A DNA stretch of 63,987 nt, filler included, from Octopus bimaculoides (Eukaryota), in assembly GCF_001194135.2 (NCBI RefSeq). It is 9 parts of 8 records of this genome, joined end to end, with 100 filler letters (N's around TTAATTAATTAA, not from the genome) between each part and the next. Parts side by side here need not be neighbours in the genome. Positions count along the whole stretch, not along the records: positions 50,918 to 56,936 come from NC_068983.1; positions 57,037 to 62,766 come from NC_068981.1; positions 62,867 to 63,987 come from NW_026314114.1; 6 more parts are not named here. The stretch is one strand, 5' to 3'. Position numbers and translations under genes: made by a program. Under the pieces are notes generated by a model, which saw nothing but the letters and a program-made list of their open reading frames with translations, had not been told where the DNA came from and did not search any database. Position 1 is the stretch's first letter. Every line of letters starts with the position of its first letter. Positions 53,458-63,987 of the stretch are shown piece by piece.

Positions 53458-53886
53458 GGGCAGTCACGTTAATAATAGCGTGACCGTCTTTTCACTAACG
53501 GGTTTAAATAGTTTGACGAGCAATTCAATAGATGCACAAGTTTCTCAAAATGTTCCTAAAAACATTTTCTTCCATTCTGTTGTCAATTAGCTAAGCAATT
53601 CTTTAGTGAAAAGTCTAGTCTATAAGTTGAAGATCAATACCCATAGGGAATTTAAATATTACATGTGCTCTACTTCAGTCTCTCTATAAATAGCTTCAAT
53701 TCAAGAAAGAGAAAGTTCAAACTAAAATGGAGCGTTATAACGACTCTCCACTATAAAAAAGTTACTAGCGGGAATGATGGCACTTTATGCGAGAATCCCG
53801 CCAAATAATACAAAGTGAAAATAACGTAATACGTTATGCTGACATAATAATTAGTTTCTTCCCAACTTTTAGGAATATATTTTCAT

Positions 53887-54290
53887 ATAGGCGTAGGAGT
53901 GGCTGTGTGGTAAGTAGCTTGCTTACCAACCACATGGCCCCGGGTTCAGTCCCACTGCGTGGCATCTTGGGCAAGTGTCTTCTACTATAGCCTCGGGTCG
54001 ACCAAAGCCTTGTGAGTGGATTTGGTAGACGGAAACTGAAAGAAGTCTGTCATATATATGTATATATATATGTATGTGTGTATGTGTTTGTATGTATGTG
54101 TTTGTCCCCCCAACATCGCTTGAAAACCGATGCTGGTGTGTTAATGTCCCTGTAACTTAGCGGTTCAGCATAAGAGACCGATAGAATAAGTACTAGGCTT
54201 CCCAAGAATAGGTCCTGGGGTCGATTTGCTCGACTAAAGGTGGTGCTCCAGCATGGCCACAGTCAAAAGACTGAAACAAGTAAACAGAGT
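53887..54290 (+). mobile_element. tRNA-headed SINE family B, full length
   Basis: Same organisation as 30690-31082, on the plus strand. Confidence 0.9.
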
Positions 54291-56157
54291 ATAAAATAGT
54301 AAAGAGTATACAAATGTTAACTGTCAACGAATTAAGATAAACGGAAAATCATATTCAGCTACTCACGAAGATTGCTTGTGTATATACATAAGTTTATATA
54401 TATATCTGTGTCTGTGTTTGTCTGTGTGTCTGTATGTGTGTATGTGTGTATGTGTGCATGGGTGTGTATTATGGACTTTTGAAAATATAAGTTTTGTACA
54501 CAAAACACATTAATACTTGAATGAAAATTGTTACTGAAATGTTTATATTCCATCATATCCCAGTCTCTCATTATTAACTTGGATTACATTTTAATTAATT
54601 TGATTACCTTTGACATTCTTGACAATATTTAATCATTAGCTTAATGGTTAATGATTTTTGGTTCTCCTAGCGATTATAATTTTCATTAATGAAAACATTT
54701 TAGTTGTGTGTTTACTATTTTTAGTATGCTATACTACACTTATCAACACTTGATAACGTCTTTCAGCCATTCTTTTAGGAATAAAACTGTAGATTTTTTT
54801 GTTTTATATCTCAATCCGTTTCTCATCCTAAATTTTGTCAAAAGATTCCATCAGATTATCAACAAATCTGGAGTTTCTATTATAGATAAACCTTCAGAAT
54901 AACGTTACCTAGCACTTCACCCGAGTTGCTGATGTCTCTTCAGTTACCGACTGTCTAGAAAGCTAAAGGATAACTTCCACTTGTAAAACTTTCAAATATA
55001 CGTGTACTTACAGCAAGTTGATATCAATAGATTATAGACAGTATTAAAGATATCATTTAGATGATTACCAAGACATAAATCACCAGTACGCTACATTATA
55101 TATCACAGACACTCGTATGTAAGTCATTTTGTCAAAACTATTGTTTTCATGCACTGTATCCTGCATTAAATTATTTTGCAAGTCCTTCACCTAATCATCC
55201 AAACAATCAATCAAACCTCTTGAACTTTACCCAGTGTGACTGCTTATTCAGCATGTGTTACCTAACAGCTATTGATAAATACAACCAAACACACCCATTT
55301 ATGGAATTCGGAAGTGAAACAGAATTACAGATATGTTAGCTAATTTTATATTTTATTACTGTTAATGAGCTAATATCATCAATACTCCATCAGCAAGCTA
55401 TATGATAAGACATGATTAAACGGCACCTATGTGAATAGCATTGTGTAATTTAATACAAATGTGACAATTGTGTTGAGGTATATTAAATAAAATAGTTTAA
55501 AAGTTTCAGCACAATATCTGATTATTTAAGTTAGCTGCTATAAATGAAGAGCAAAGTTTCATTGATAAATGTAAACGACAATTTTAGACGTGTAGCCAAA
55601 TAACAAATATATTTCAGCTGCAAATGTCATGTAATAAATTATGAGAAATATTTATTCAGCGATGGAGTATTGCAACATTCTACATCACTATATAAAAGAT
55701 GTTCTATCAAGATTCCAGACTAAAGCATTAAATCAAACATTATTCATTTATGTAATGATTGTATCTGTAAGATATAGATGAAAGTATTAGTTTGACTAAA
55801 CACAATTTAGAATACTGAAATGTGATGTTCAATCTCTTATATCCACCTATTTTAGTCTCATAATCTCGTATTTAGATAAAATAATCCTCAGTATATAATG
55901 AAAATAAAGAAATATCATGAAAGTCTATGTTCAGGAAATAAATTATGAGGACAATATTGCTTTTGAATTTACAGCTATATTAAAACTATATAGCTATCCA
56001 ATGTTTCCCGATAAGTGTCGAAGCCCCCGATATTGAAACATTTAATAAGTATAAAGCAAGAATATGTCCAACAAAATAGAATAATCTAAGAATATTGTAC
56101 ATCATTATTTTGATATTTTACCACCGAATATTCCTGATTTGCTGATTCGATTGCTAC

Positions 56158-56222
<65 letters not shown>

Positions 56223-56224
<2 letters not shown>

Positions 56225-56936
56225 GACACCGGAGAAGAAAAAAGACACCGGGGAAGTGAAAAAAGACACCGGGGAAGTTTAACATGTGAGTACGATAAAT
56301 CTATGCTCCGAAACTTATCCAAAAACATCGGAAATAAAGACATCGCATGGAGCCAAAAAATAGCTGACAAAGGGTTGGACAATATCCGAGTAAGTAATAC
56401 TCATTGAAATGTATTCCTATTTTTCCAAATATAATGATGTATTTTAACTTGATACCTCCACTACCCGAACAGCGATCGTAAACACACGTGTTACATCAAA
56501 ATACAGACCATCTCCAAACCCAACACTATGTACAAAAAATAGCTGACAAATGGTTGGACTATATCCGAGTAAGTAATACTCATTGAAATTTATCTCTAAT
56601 TTTCCAAATATGATGTATTTTAACTTGATACCTCCACTACCCGCACAGCGATCGTAAACACACGTGTTACATCAAAATCAGACCATCTTCGAACCCCAAA
56701 ACACCATGTACAAAAAAATTACAAACAGATTAAATAACACCGGTATTATTCCACCCAAGAATAACAACCGAGAAGTACGTACTGTAAGCTTGTTACGAAA
56801 AAAGTACGAAGATATGAACGTGCAAAACAATCTAACAACAGAAATAAACGAACCAGTACCCTACGAAAACGATGACCGTCAAAATAAAGGACCGGACGTT
56901 GTTCCTCATGTCCCGCAAACAAAACCAAAACGGCAT
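56223..56936 (+). mobile_element. Putative 5' region (tandem repeats and ORF start) of the R4/Dong-like element ending at 57399
   Basis: Begins exactly at the end of a (TAA)n tract. It has 3 copies of aaagacaccgg(a/g)gaag, 2 copies of a ~181-bp repeat, and an ORF (MYKKITNRLNNTG...) open into the gap. The link to the downstream RLE end is inferred. Confidence 0.45.
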
Positions 56937-57036
56937 NNNNNNNNNNNNNNNNNNNNNNNNNNNNNNNNNNNNNNNNNNNNTTAATTAATTAANNNNNNNN
57001 NNNNNNNNNNNNNNNNNNNNNNNNNNNNNNNNNNNN

Positions 57037-57399
57037 TATCAATACCAGCAGATGACAACGTTTCTCGAAAAGAAATGGAAAAACCTTCAAAATACAAAGA
57101 CCTGGAAATAGAGATAACTCGAATGTGGAGTCTAAAAACAGAAACAATTCCTATCATAGTAGGTGCCTTAGGTATAATAAAAAAATATTCAGACAAATAC
57201 ATGACAAAAACACCAGGACTTACAAATATATATAACATAAAGAAAATTGCACTACTGGGTACTGCACACATTCTACGCAAAACACTTTCAATACAGTAAA
57301 CATAAGAGCACCACCGCAAACCACAGCACATACCCAAGGCGCACAGAGCTGCGCTCGGTAGTGAAGTGAAAGCACGTTATAAAAATAAAACTACTGAAC
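57037..57399 (+). mobile_element. 3' end of R4/Dong-like RLE element (family shared with 59910-60777)
   Basis: EKPSKYKDLEIEITRMWSLKTETIPIIVGALG...KIALLGTAHILRKTLSIQ, then a 3' UTR ending ctactgaac|aataataat. Confidence 0.9.
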
Positions 57400-57435
57400 A
57401 ATAATAATAATAATAATAATAATGATGATGATGAT

Positions 57436-58123
57436 GTAGTCTTCTTGCGCCTACAGAGAATCTCAACGGGCATGATATATCAGCACAATATATTCACTGG
57501 GTAATTTGCCAAAACCTGGACCTGCCCCATGATAAAAACTGGTAGGAACACAAACTACCTCCAGTGCTTGAAAATAATCACATCTCACTCCTCTGGAAAT
57601 TCAACATTCAAACTGACAGAAAGATAGATGCGAATGGGGCAGAGATTATATTAAAAGACTTGAAACAAAAATCATGCCTTCTCATTGATAAGGCTGTCCT
57701 AATCAATATAAATATATCTAATAAAAGACCTACCAAAAACTGAGCAAGTTTAAAGATCTTGAAATAGAAATTAGCAAAATGTAGAACCGCAAGACTAAAA
57801 CAATACCTGTTGTCATAGGTTCCCTAGGAATGATAGCAAAAGAGGCTGATTGCCACCTAGCTCAGATACCAGGAAACTTCAAAATGGCAGAAATTCAAAA
57901 GATAGTGATAATGGGAACTGCTCATATCCTACGTAAAATACTGTCTATGTAATCTCAAATTTTAAAACAGACATAATTTTCTTATGTATTCTTTAACGTT
58001 CTCTAGAACAATAATATGTGCAAGACCAAATATATGACACCTTAGGCATAACACCAACATGAAACTCTAACCTGTTGTCTTTGGGTGAGACTTGGAACCA
58101 CCTTGTAAAAATACAAAGCATAC
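57436..58123 (+). mobile_element. 3' portion of a second R4/Dong-like RLE family
   Basis: Manual translation gives AQYIHWVICQNLDLPHDKNW..PVLENNHISLLW.FNIQTDRKIDAN..IILKD...LLID, then KDLEIEISKM...IPVVIGSLG...QKIVIMGTAHILRKIL. Bounded by (AAT)(GAT) and (AAT/AAC) tracts. Confidence 0.82.
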
Positions 58124-58200
58124 AATAATAACAACAACAACAACAATAATAATAATAATAATAATAATGATGATGATGATGATGATGACGACGACGACGA

Positions 58201-58233
<33 letters not shown>

Positions 58234-58267
58234 TGATGATGATGATGATGACGACGACGATGATGAT

Positions 58268-58548
58268 AATTACTTGGACCTTGCTATTGAATTACAGAGA
58301 CTATGAAAAGTGCGGGTAAAAAGTATCCCAGTAGTTAAAAGTGCATTGGGAATTATCAAGAAATTTCTGAAGAGGTGGATATAGGAAATAAGCATAAGAC
58401 CCAGTTTAGTACAGCTCCAGAAAGCAGTGTTATTAAGGACAGCTAGGATACTTAGGAGGATTCTTGGCATGTAAGGCTACTTGTAGTAGCCCAATGTTAG
58501 GTCTCTTTTATTTTCCAACAGTTCTAATCTTTTGAATGTATATGAAAA
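58268..58548 (+). mobile_element. 3' end of a third R4/Dong-like RLE family
   Basis: YLDLAIELQRL*KVRVKSIPVV..ALG...QLQKAVLLRTARILRRILGM*, followed by (AAT)n. Confidence 0.75.
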
Positions 58549-59390
58549 TAATAATAATAACGACATGTACGCGAGTATTAGTGTGTACGTATACGAGATA
58601 GAAAGGAAAGCAATAGAATTAATGTGAATGTGTGTCTGCATGTGTGTGCTCTCATGTGTGTGCCTGCATTTTGTTCGTAAGTGTGAATGTACGGCAGTAA
58701 AATTATTACTCAGGGTTACCTTTTGTGTGATAGTAAAAGTTATGAAAAATTTAACTAGACCGTGAAAACTCGGATAAACCAAAAAGAAACATTAATTAAA
58801 AAACAAAACAAAACAAAATGCAAATAGTTACAATAAGTGAGCAGCTTCATTGAAGATGCAAAATTGCACAGCATCTCTGCTACATGAAATATATTTTTAT
58901 ATATGAAAATATAAAGTATCAAAATGGCGTTTCTAAATTTGTATGTAAACATCAGACATTTTGTAAAGCTGCTTCAGTGATACTGCCAAATGGGATAACG
59001 TGAGACGTTATTTCTTTCAAAGGTAATTAGAAGCCAACTACATTGCGTTACAGAGGTTTATTTTGGGGAGGAGCTTCTGCTATAAATTAAAAATAAATAA
59101 ACGAAAGAAAAAAAATATATACATATATATATATATATATATATTAAAAAAAACGGAAACAGCATTATATATTTAAGCCAAAAAAAGGTATTTCTACTTT
59201 AAATATAGTTTTATTTTTGCTTACGCAATGAACATCGTTATTTTTAATTTGTTTCTACACCTGAATCTATTTTGAAAGCAGATGATGTTTTTAAAATAAT
59301 CATCTGCAATAACAGAAACAACTACGACCATAGCAGCATGAATTACAACAATAACAACAAAACTTCCACAGTCATCAACAATAACGCTGT

Positions 59391-59447
<57 letters not shown>

Positions 59448-59909
59448 AACTGTTGCAACTGCTGCTGGTGCAGGTGCTGCTGTTGTTGAGATTGCTGCTA
59501 CTACATATAATAATAAAAATAATATTGGCAATTGTAAAAATAAAAAAGGAGAAACTATCGAATGGCTCTCCGTTGATTTCGACGATCAGGGTTCGAATAT
59601 TTGGTCGGGTGAATTGAATGGTTATTGAATTCGCGTGTAATTAGAGTCGCTTTCCAAACATGTGTGCCTTAAGAAATAAGAATGAGTGTGACAAAGTAGG
59701 TGATAAGACTGTACATTTAAAATCAATGTACAGTCGATCTGACAGGCTTCCATGCAGCTTCCATCAACCCAATTTTATCCACAAGCGACAGGTCGATTCA
59801 GCGTATTTGGTGAGATCCCACAGTGTGTAGTAACGTGCAAATTTTAGAAATGACAGTGACTAAATAAAGAACTCAATTTTCTCATTCTCTAATACATATT
59901 CGATCATTA

Positions 59910-60777
59910 TATGATATTGGAAAATCTGTGAATAAACAAAGTAATAAACTAAATGCAAAAGAAATAGACAGAGAAAAATCCCAGCAATGGTTGAGAAGCT
60001 CAGGACTCAAAGTAGAGTCTGAAGGATTTTTAATTGCTGCACAAGACCAAAGCCTCCCCACCAGAAATTACCAAAAGCATATAATGAAAAGAAATATAAC
60101 AAGTAACTGCAGAATATGTGGAGATGGACACGAAACAATAAACCATATTATCTCTGACTGCCCAGTCCTGGCTAAGAAGAAATATATTCGCAGACACAAC
60201 AGAGCTGAGACCTACATACACTGGAAGCTATGCCAACACTATGGAATAACAACAGAAAAAAGATGGTATAGGCACACGCCAAAAAGGTCACAGAAAACGA
60301 GAAAGCAACCATACTCTGGGATATGCCAATACACACAGATAGAGAAATTAAGGCAAATATACCAGATATAGTTGTCAAAGATCATGAAGGAAAAAAATGT
60401 TTTCTAATTGATGTATCAATACCAGCAGATGACAACGTTTCCCTAAAATAAATGGAGAAACTTTCAAAATACAAAGACCTGGAAATAGAGGTAACTCAAA
60501 TGTGGAATCTAAAATCAGAAACAATTCCTATCATAGTAGGCGCATTAGGTATAATAAAAAAAATATTCAGACAAATACATAACAAAAACACCAGGATTTA
60601 CAAGTATATATAACATACAGAAAATTGCATTACTGGGCACTGCACACATTCTACGCAAAACACTTTCAATACAGTAACCATAAGAGCATCACAGCAAACT
60701 ACAGCACATACCCAAGGCGCACAGAGCTCCACTCGGTAGTGAAGTGAAAACATGCTATAAGAATAAAACTACTGAAC
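59910..60777 (+). mobile_element. 5'-truncated R4/Dong-like element with CCHC knuckle and PD-(D/E)xK endonuclease
   Basis: SEGFLIAAQDQSLPTRNY...CRICGDGHETINHIISDCP...RRHN, then PDIVVKD...FLIDVSIP...EKLSKYKDLE. Same 3' UTR as 57037-57399; ends in (AAC)(AAT)n. Confidence 0.92.
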
Positions 60778-60798
60778 AACAACAACAACAACAACAAC

Positions 60799-60860
<62 letters not shown>

Positions 60861-60924
60861 TAAAAATAATAATAATGATAATAATGAATCAAAAGGATTG
60901 ACCTAACTTTTCACAAAGGTAAAC

Positions 60925-61163
60925 AGTCAAGACGAAGAGCGCGATTCGATTGTAATAGATATTTTATTGGTTGAACGATATTTCGACAGTAAGTCTGTGT
61001 TTGTAGACGCTGGTTGCTCTTGTTCATACTTTAAATTTAAATTTCTATATTTTTGAATTTTTATCACTTCTTAATTTGAACTCGACAAAAACAGACTTAC
61101 TGTCAAAATATCGTTCAACCAATAAAATATATATTACAATCGAATCGCGCTCTTCGTCTTGAC

Positions 61164-61164
<1 letters not shown>
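60925..61164. repeat. Inverted repeat, ~82-bp arms (MITE-like)
   Basis: agtcaagacgaagagcgcgattcgattgtaat... (60925-61007) versus ...attacaatcgaatcgcgctcttcgtcttgact (61082-61164). Confidence 0.9.
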
Positions 61165-61227
<63 letters not shown>

Positions 61228-61879
61228 AACAATAATAATAATAACAACAATAATAATAATGATAATAATGCTTTTTACGATGGGCACAAGGCTTACTCCA
61301 TATCTTACCCCCAGAAAAGCCGACTTTAGGGACTAATCTTTCACGTTTGTCATTATCATTAATCTCTTGATGAAATCATTTTGGTCGGTTCTAAACAATT
61401 AATTTTCTCGGTATTGCTTAATCAGTTGTTCAAACCTAGTTTGCTTTCCATTTTTTTCTTTTTTTATGCATGTAAGCGCTACTTCAGTTCTCCAGTTACA
61501 GCCTCTTCTTCTTGACTCTTTCGAATTTCCATTCATTCTTAAGTTCTCTATTTCTTTCCTTGACAAGTATTGGCACTACACCGTTCAAGGCGTGTATATC
61601 TTCCGAAATTCTCCTTTTTCGCCGAGGTTGTTTATTTCTTCTGCTATCCTTCGATGTTCTATTCTTAGTAGTTCTCTATCCCATCATTCTCGCTACAATC
61701 TTACTAGCAGCCTTCATAAGATTATTTGTTTCTGTGATGTTCATTGTTTCACTGTTTCTCAATACATTATTGACGTTACTCGTCTCTTGATTTAGCCTTC
61801 TTAAAGTCGCACATAAATTCTGTCCCTTCTATATTTAGATCTAAAACTCTGTCTATTATTAATCGATCTTCATTGTTTG

Positions 61880-62560
61880 AGTAGTCTCTGATCTCAATTC
61901 TTTCACAATTCACGTTATTATATTCTTATGAAACAATTGCCCATCTCTTCCACTACACCACTTATGTTTCTCACATGTCCAGCCTCATCCGATTTCCTTC
62001 TTTTAAAGCTTCAAGCTCCAATTCTGTTAACCATCCATTCTTTCACATCGCTCTTGCTTGGACACGTAATCTCTGATTAGCAGTATCAAACAGTTCTATT
62101 GCCTCCATTTCATTGTGCATTCATTTCCTGTTCCTTCTGACAAGCACGCCATTCACGTTCATTGGGGTGCTCCGGTAGCAGCACTCCATAACCATCAAGT
62201 TTATTTGTTTACTCAACTTATGTCTTGTAGCATGGCTAGCAGTTGCTGGATTTCAATTAGGCCCACGCTGCTGTACTGTGGGGCACCAGCCGTGTGCGAC
62301 ACCTTCACTATTGTTTCCAGTCCCGTTCACACCATTATATTCATCTATTTGGGTTGGCATTTTCACATACAAACGAGGTGTATTTTGAGATTACTACCAA
62401 CCGGTATTTTTATCGAGACACCATCTCTATCAAGGTAGTTCGCCAAAGCGGCAAGGACCTTGTTTCCCTGGTTTTGAACTCTGAGTGTTCCTTCTCATAG
62501 GATGTTTGCTATCGAAGGTTAACGTCAACAACCTACCTGGAGCATTGCTTATTTGAAGGT
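61880..62560 (-). mobile_element. Degenerate RTE LINE RT C-terminal fragment
   Basis: Minus-strand remnants resemble LYGSETWPMNV and RW.GHV; many stops. Confidence 0.45.
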
Positions 62561-62734
62561 GCCAGATATTCGCCTTTTCTCACTCTTCTCCAGTTGGTTT
62601 GGCGAAGGTGTAGGGCTTGACTGTCAGAAGAGAGGTCTTGCGCAGGCCATTCGGGCATTTTATAAGTGATGGGCGCTCAACTCCCCTCACCACCCCGTCA
62701 TTGACAGAAAGTAAAGAAAAACCAGCTAGTAGAA

Positions 62735-62766
<32 letters not shown>

Positions 62767-62867
62767 NNNNNNNNNNNNNNNNNNNNNNNNNNNNNNNNNN
62801 NNNNNNNNNNTTAATTAATTAANNNNNNNNNNNNNNNNNNNNNNNNNNNNNNNNNNNNNNNNNNNNA

Positions 62868-63235
62868 GGCAGTACTGGCAATGGCCATGCTCTATATGTT
62901 TGTATATATGCTTGTATACACACACACACACACACACGCACACATGTGTGTGTGTGTGTGTTACTTGTCTCTTTGACTTGACATTACATGATAGTTGTAA
63001 ATGAGTGTCACCATCATGCAAGTGGTGTCCTTTGTTTTCAATCTTCCATGAAGACATGTCTGGTAATGAAGAAATTTGAAAACAGGTGTGAGTTGGTGAT
63101 AGGAAGGGCATCCAGCCATAGAAAACCAATCCAAATCAGATTGGAACATGGTGCAGCTCTACAGTTTGCCAGCTCTGGTCAAACTGTCCAGTCCATAGAA
63201 AACAGACATTTAAGGATGATGTTAATGATGATGTT
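62868..63235 (+). mobile_element. RTE-type SINE/LINE 3' derivative with (GAT)n tail; a second copy tail starts at about 63950 (minus strand)
   Basis: ggaagggcatccagccatagaaaacc...gacattaaggatgatg; at the window end catcatcatcgtttaacgtccgctttccatgc is the reverse complement of the same type of tail. Confidence 0.6.
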
Positions 63236-63274
63236 GGTGGCGGTGATGGTGACGATTGCAGCGAAGATGTCTTT

Positions 63275-63490
63275 AATTAAATCTCTTTTACTCTTTCGCC
63301 TGTTTCAGTCATTTGATTGTGGCCATGCTGGAGCACCGCCTTTAGTCGAGGAAATCGACCCCAGGACTTATTCTTTGTAAGCCTAGTACTTATTCTATCG
63401 GTCTCTTTTGCCGAACCGCTAAGTTACGGGGACATAAACACACCAGCATCAGTTGTCAAGCGAAGTTGGGGGGACAAACACAGACACACT
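63275..63490 (-). mobile_element. SINE family B 3' half
   Basis: Near-identical to 30700-30890. Confidence 0.85.
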
Positions 63491-63987
63491 TTTGAGAGGC
63501 CCGATCTGGCTGGTTTAAACATAAAAGAATTAAAGTGTTTGAATCAGATATGACCGGTTTAAGCACTAAAGGTTTAAAGTAATGCATCTGGAGAAACTTA
63601 ATCAATATTTTTTTATATCCATCAATTTTATTTGCTTAAGGTGAGCATATTGAACTTATTTTATTGTGTTTGTTTGAACTGAAATAAGTTGCAAGTTTCT
63701 GAATTTCTCGTGACTTGGAAAGACTGAATTTTTTACCCACTATTTCATATCAACATGTGTTGTCAGTTAAACAATAGAACAGTCAAAGAAGAAATTTTTT
63801 TACTCTGTGCTTAGGGCACCAGTTGACCTTAATCCAGCTCTTGTATTCAAAGTACTGATCATCTTGTCTTTATTTTAGCCATAGTGCATCTAGAAATATT
63901 GTGAGTGGATTTAGTAGATAGAAACTAAAAGAAGCCAATCGTATATATCATCATCATCATCGTTTAACGTCCGCTTTCCATGCTAGC

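Noticed and set aside
29837-54290. tRNA genes
   Set aside because: The A/B boxes belong to SINE heads; I see no complete cloverleaf with a terminator.

Overview
AT-rich, microsatellite-dense eukaryotic scaffold with many N gaps. The SINE families and gap style suggest a cephalopod, probably Octopus (inference from recognised repeat sequences, not a database hit). I cannot support any intact host protein-coding gene, rRNA, tRNA gene or CRISPR array. Most ORFs in the track are translations of simple repeats or N runs. The window is mostly decayed mobile elements: (i) Tc1/mariner DNA transposons of several lineages (a full-length DD34D mariner with TIRs and TA TSD, an irritans-like deletion derivative, two DD37D maT copies, one DD41D rosa); (ii) non-LTR retrotransposons (seven R4/Dong-like fragments with a restriction-like endonuclease, RLE, beside (TAA)n or (CATA)n tracts, plus HERO-like, Tx1/L1, RTE and CR1/L2-like fragments); (iii) Penelope-like GIY-YIG remnants; (iv) two tRNA-headed SINE families and an RTE-type SINE; (v) hAT and piggyBac-like MITEs. 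The most interesting signals are a type I hammerhead ribozyme with an intact core on the minus strand (46503-46610) plus several dead relics, a chain of different R4/Dong-like families stacked in one (TAA)n zone (56.2-60.9 kb), several long foldback hairpins, and a 21-bp minisatellite with a 106-bp higher-order repeat.
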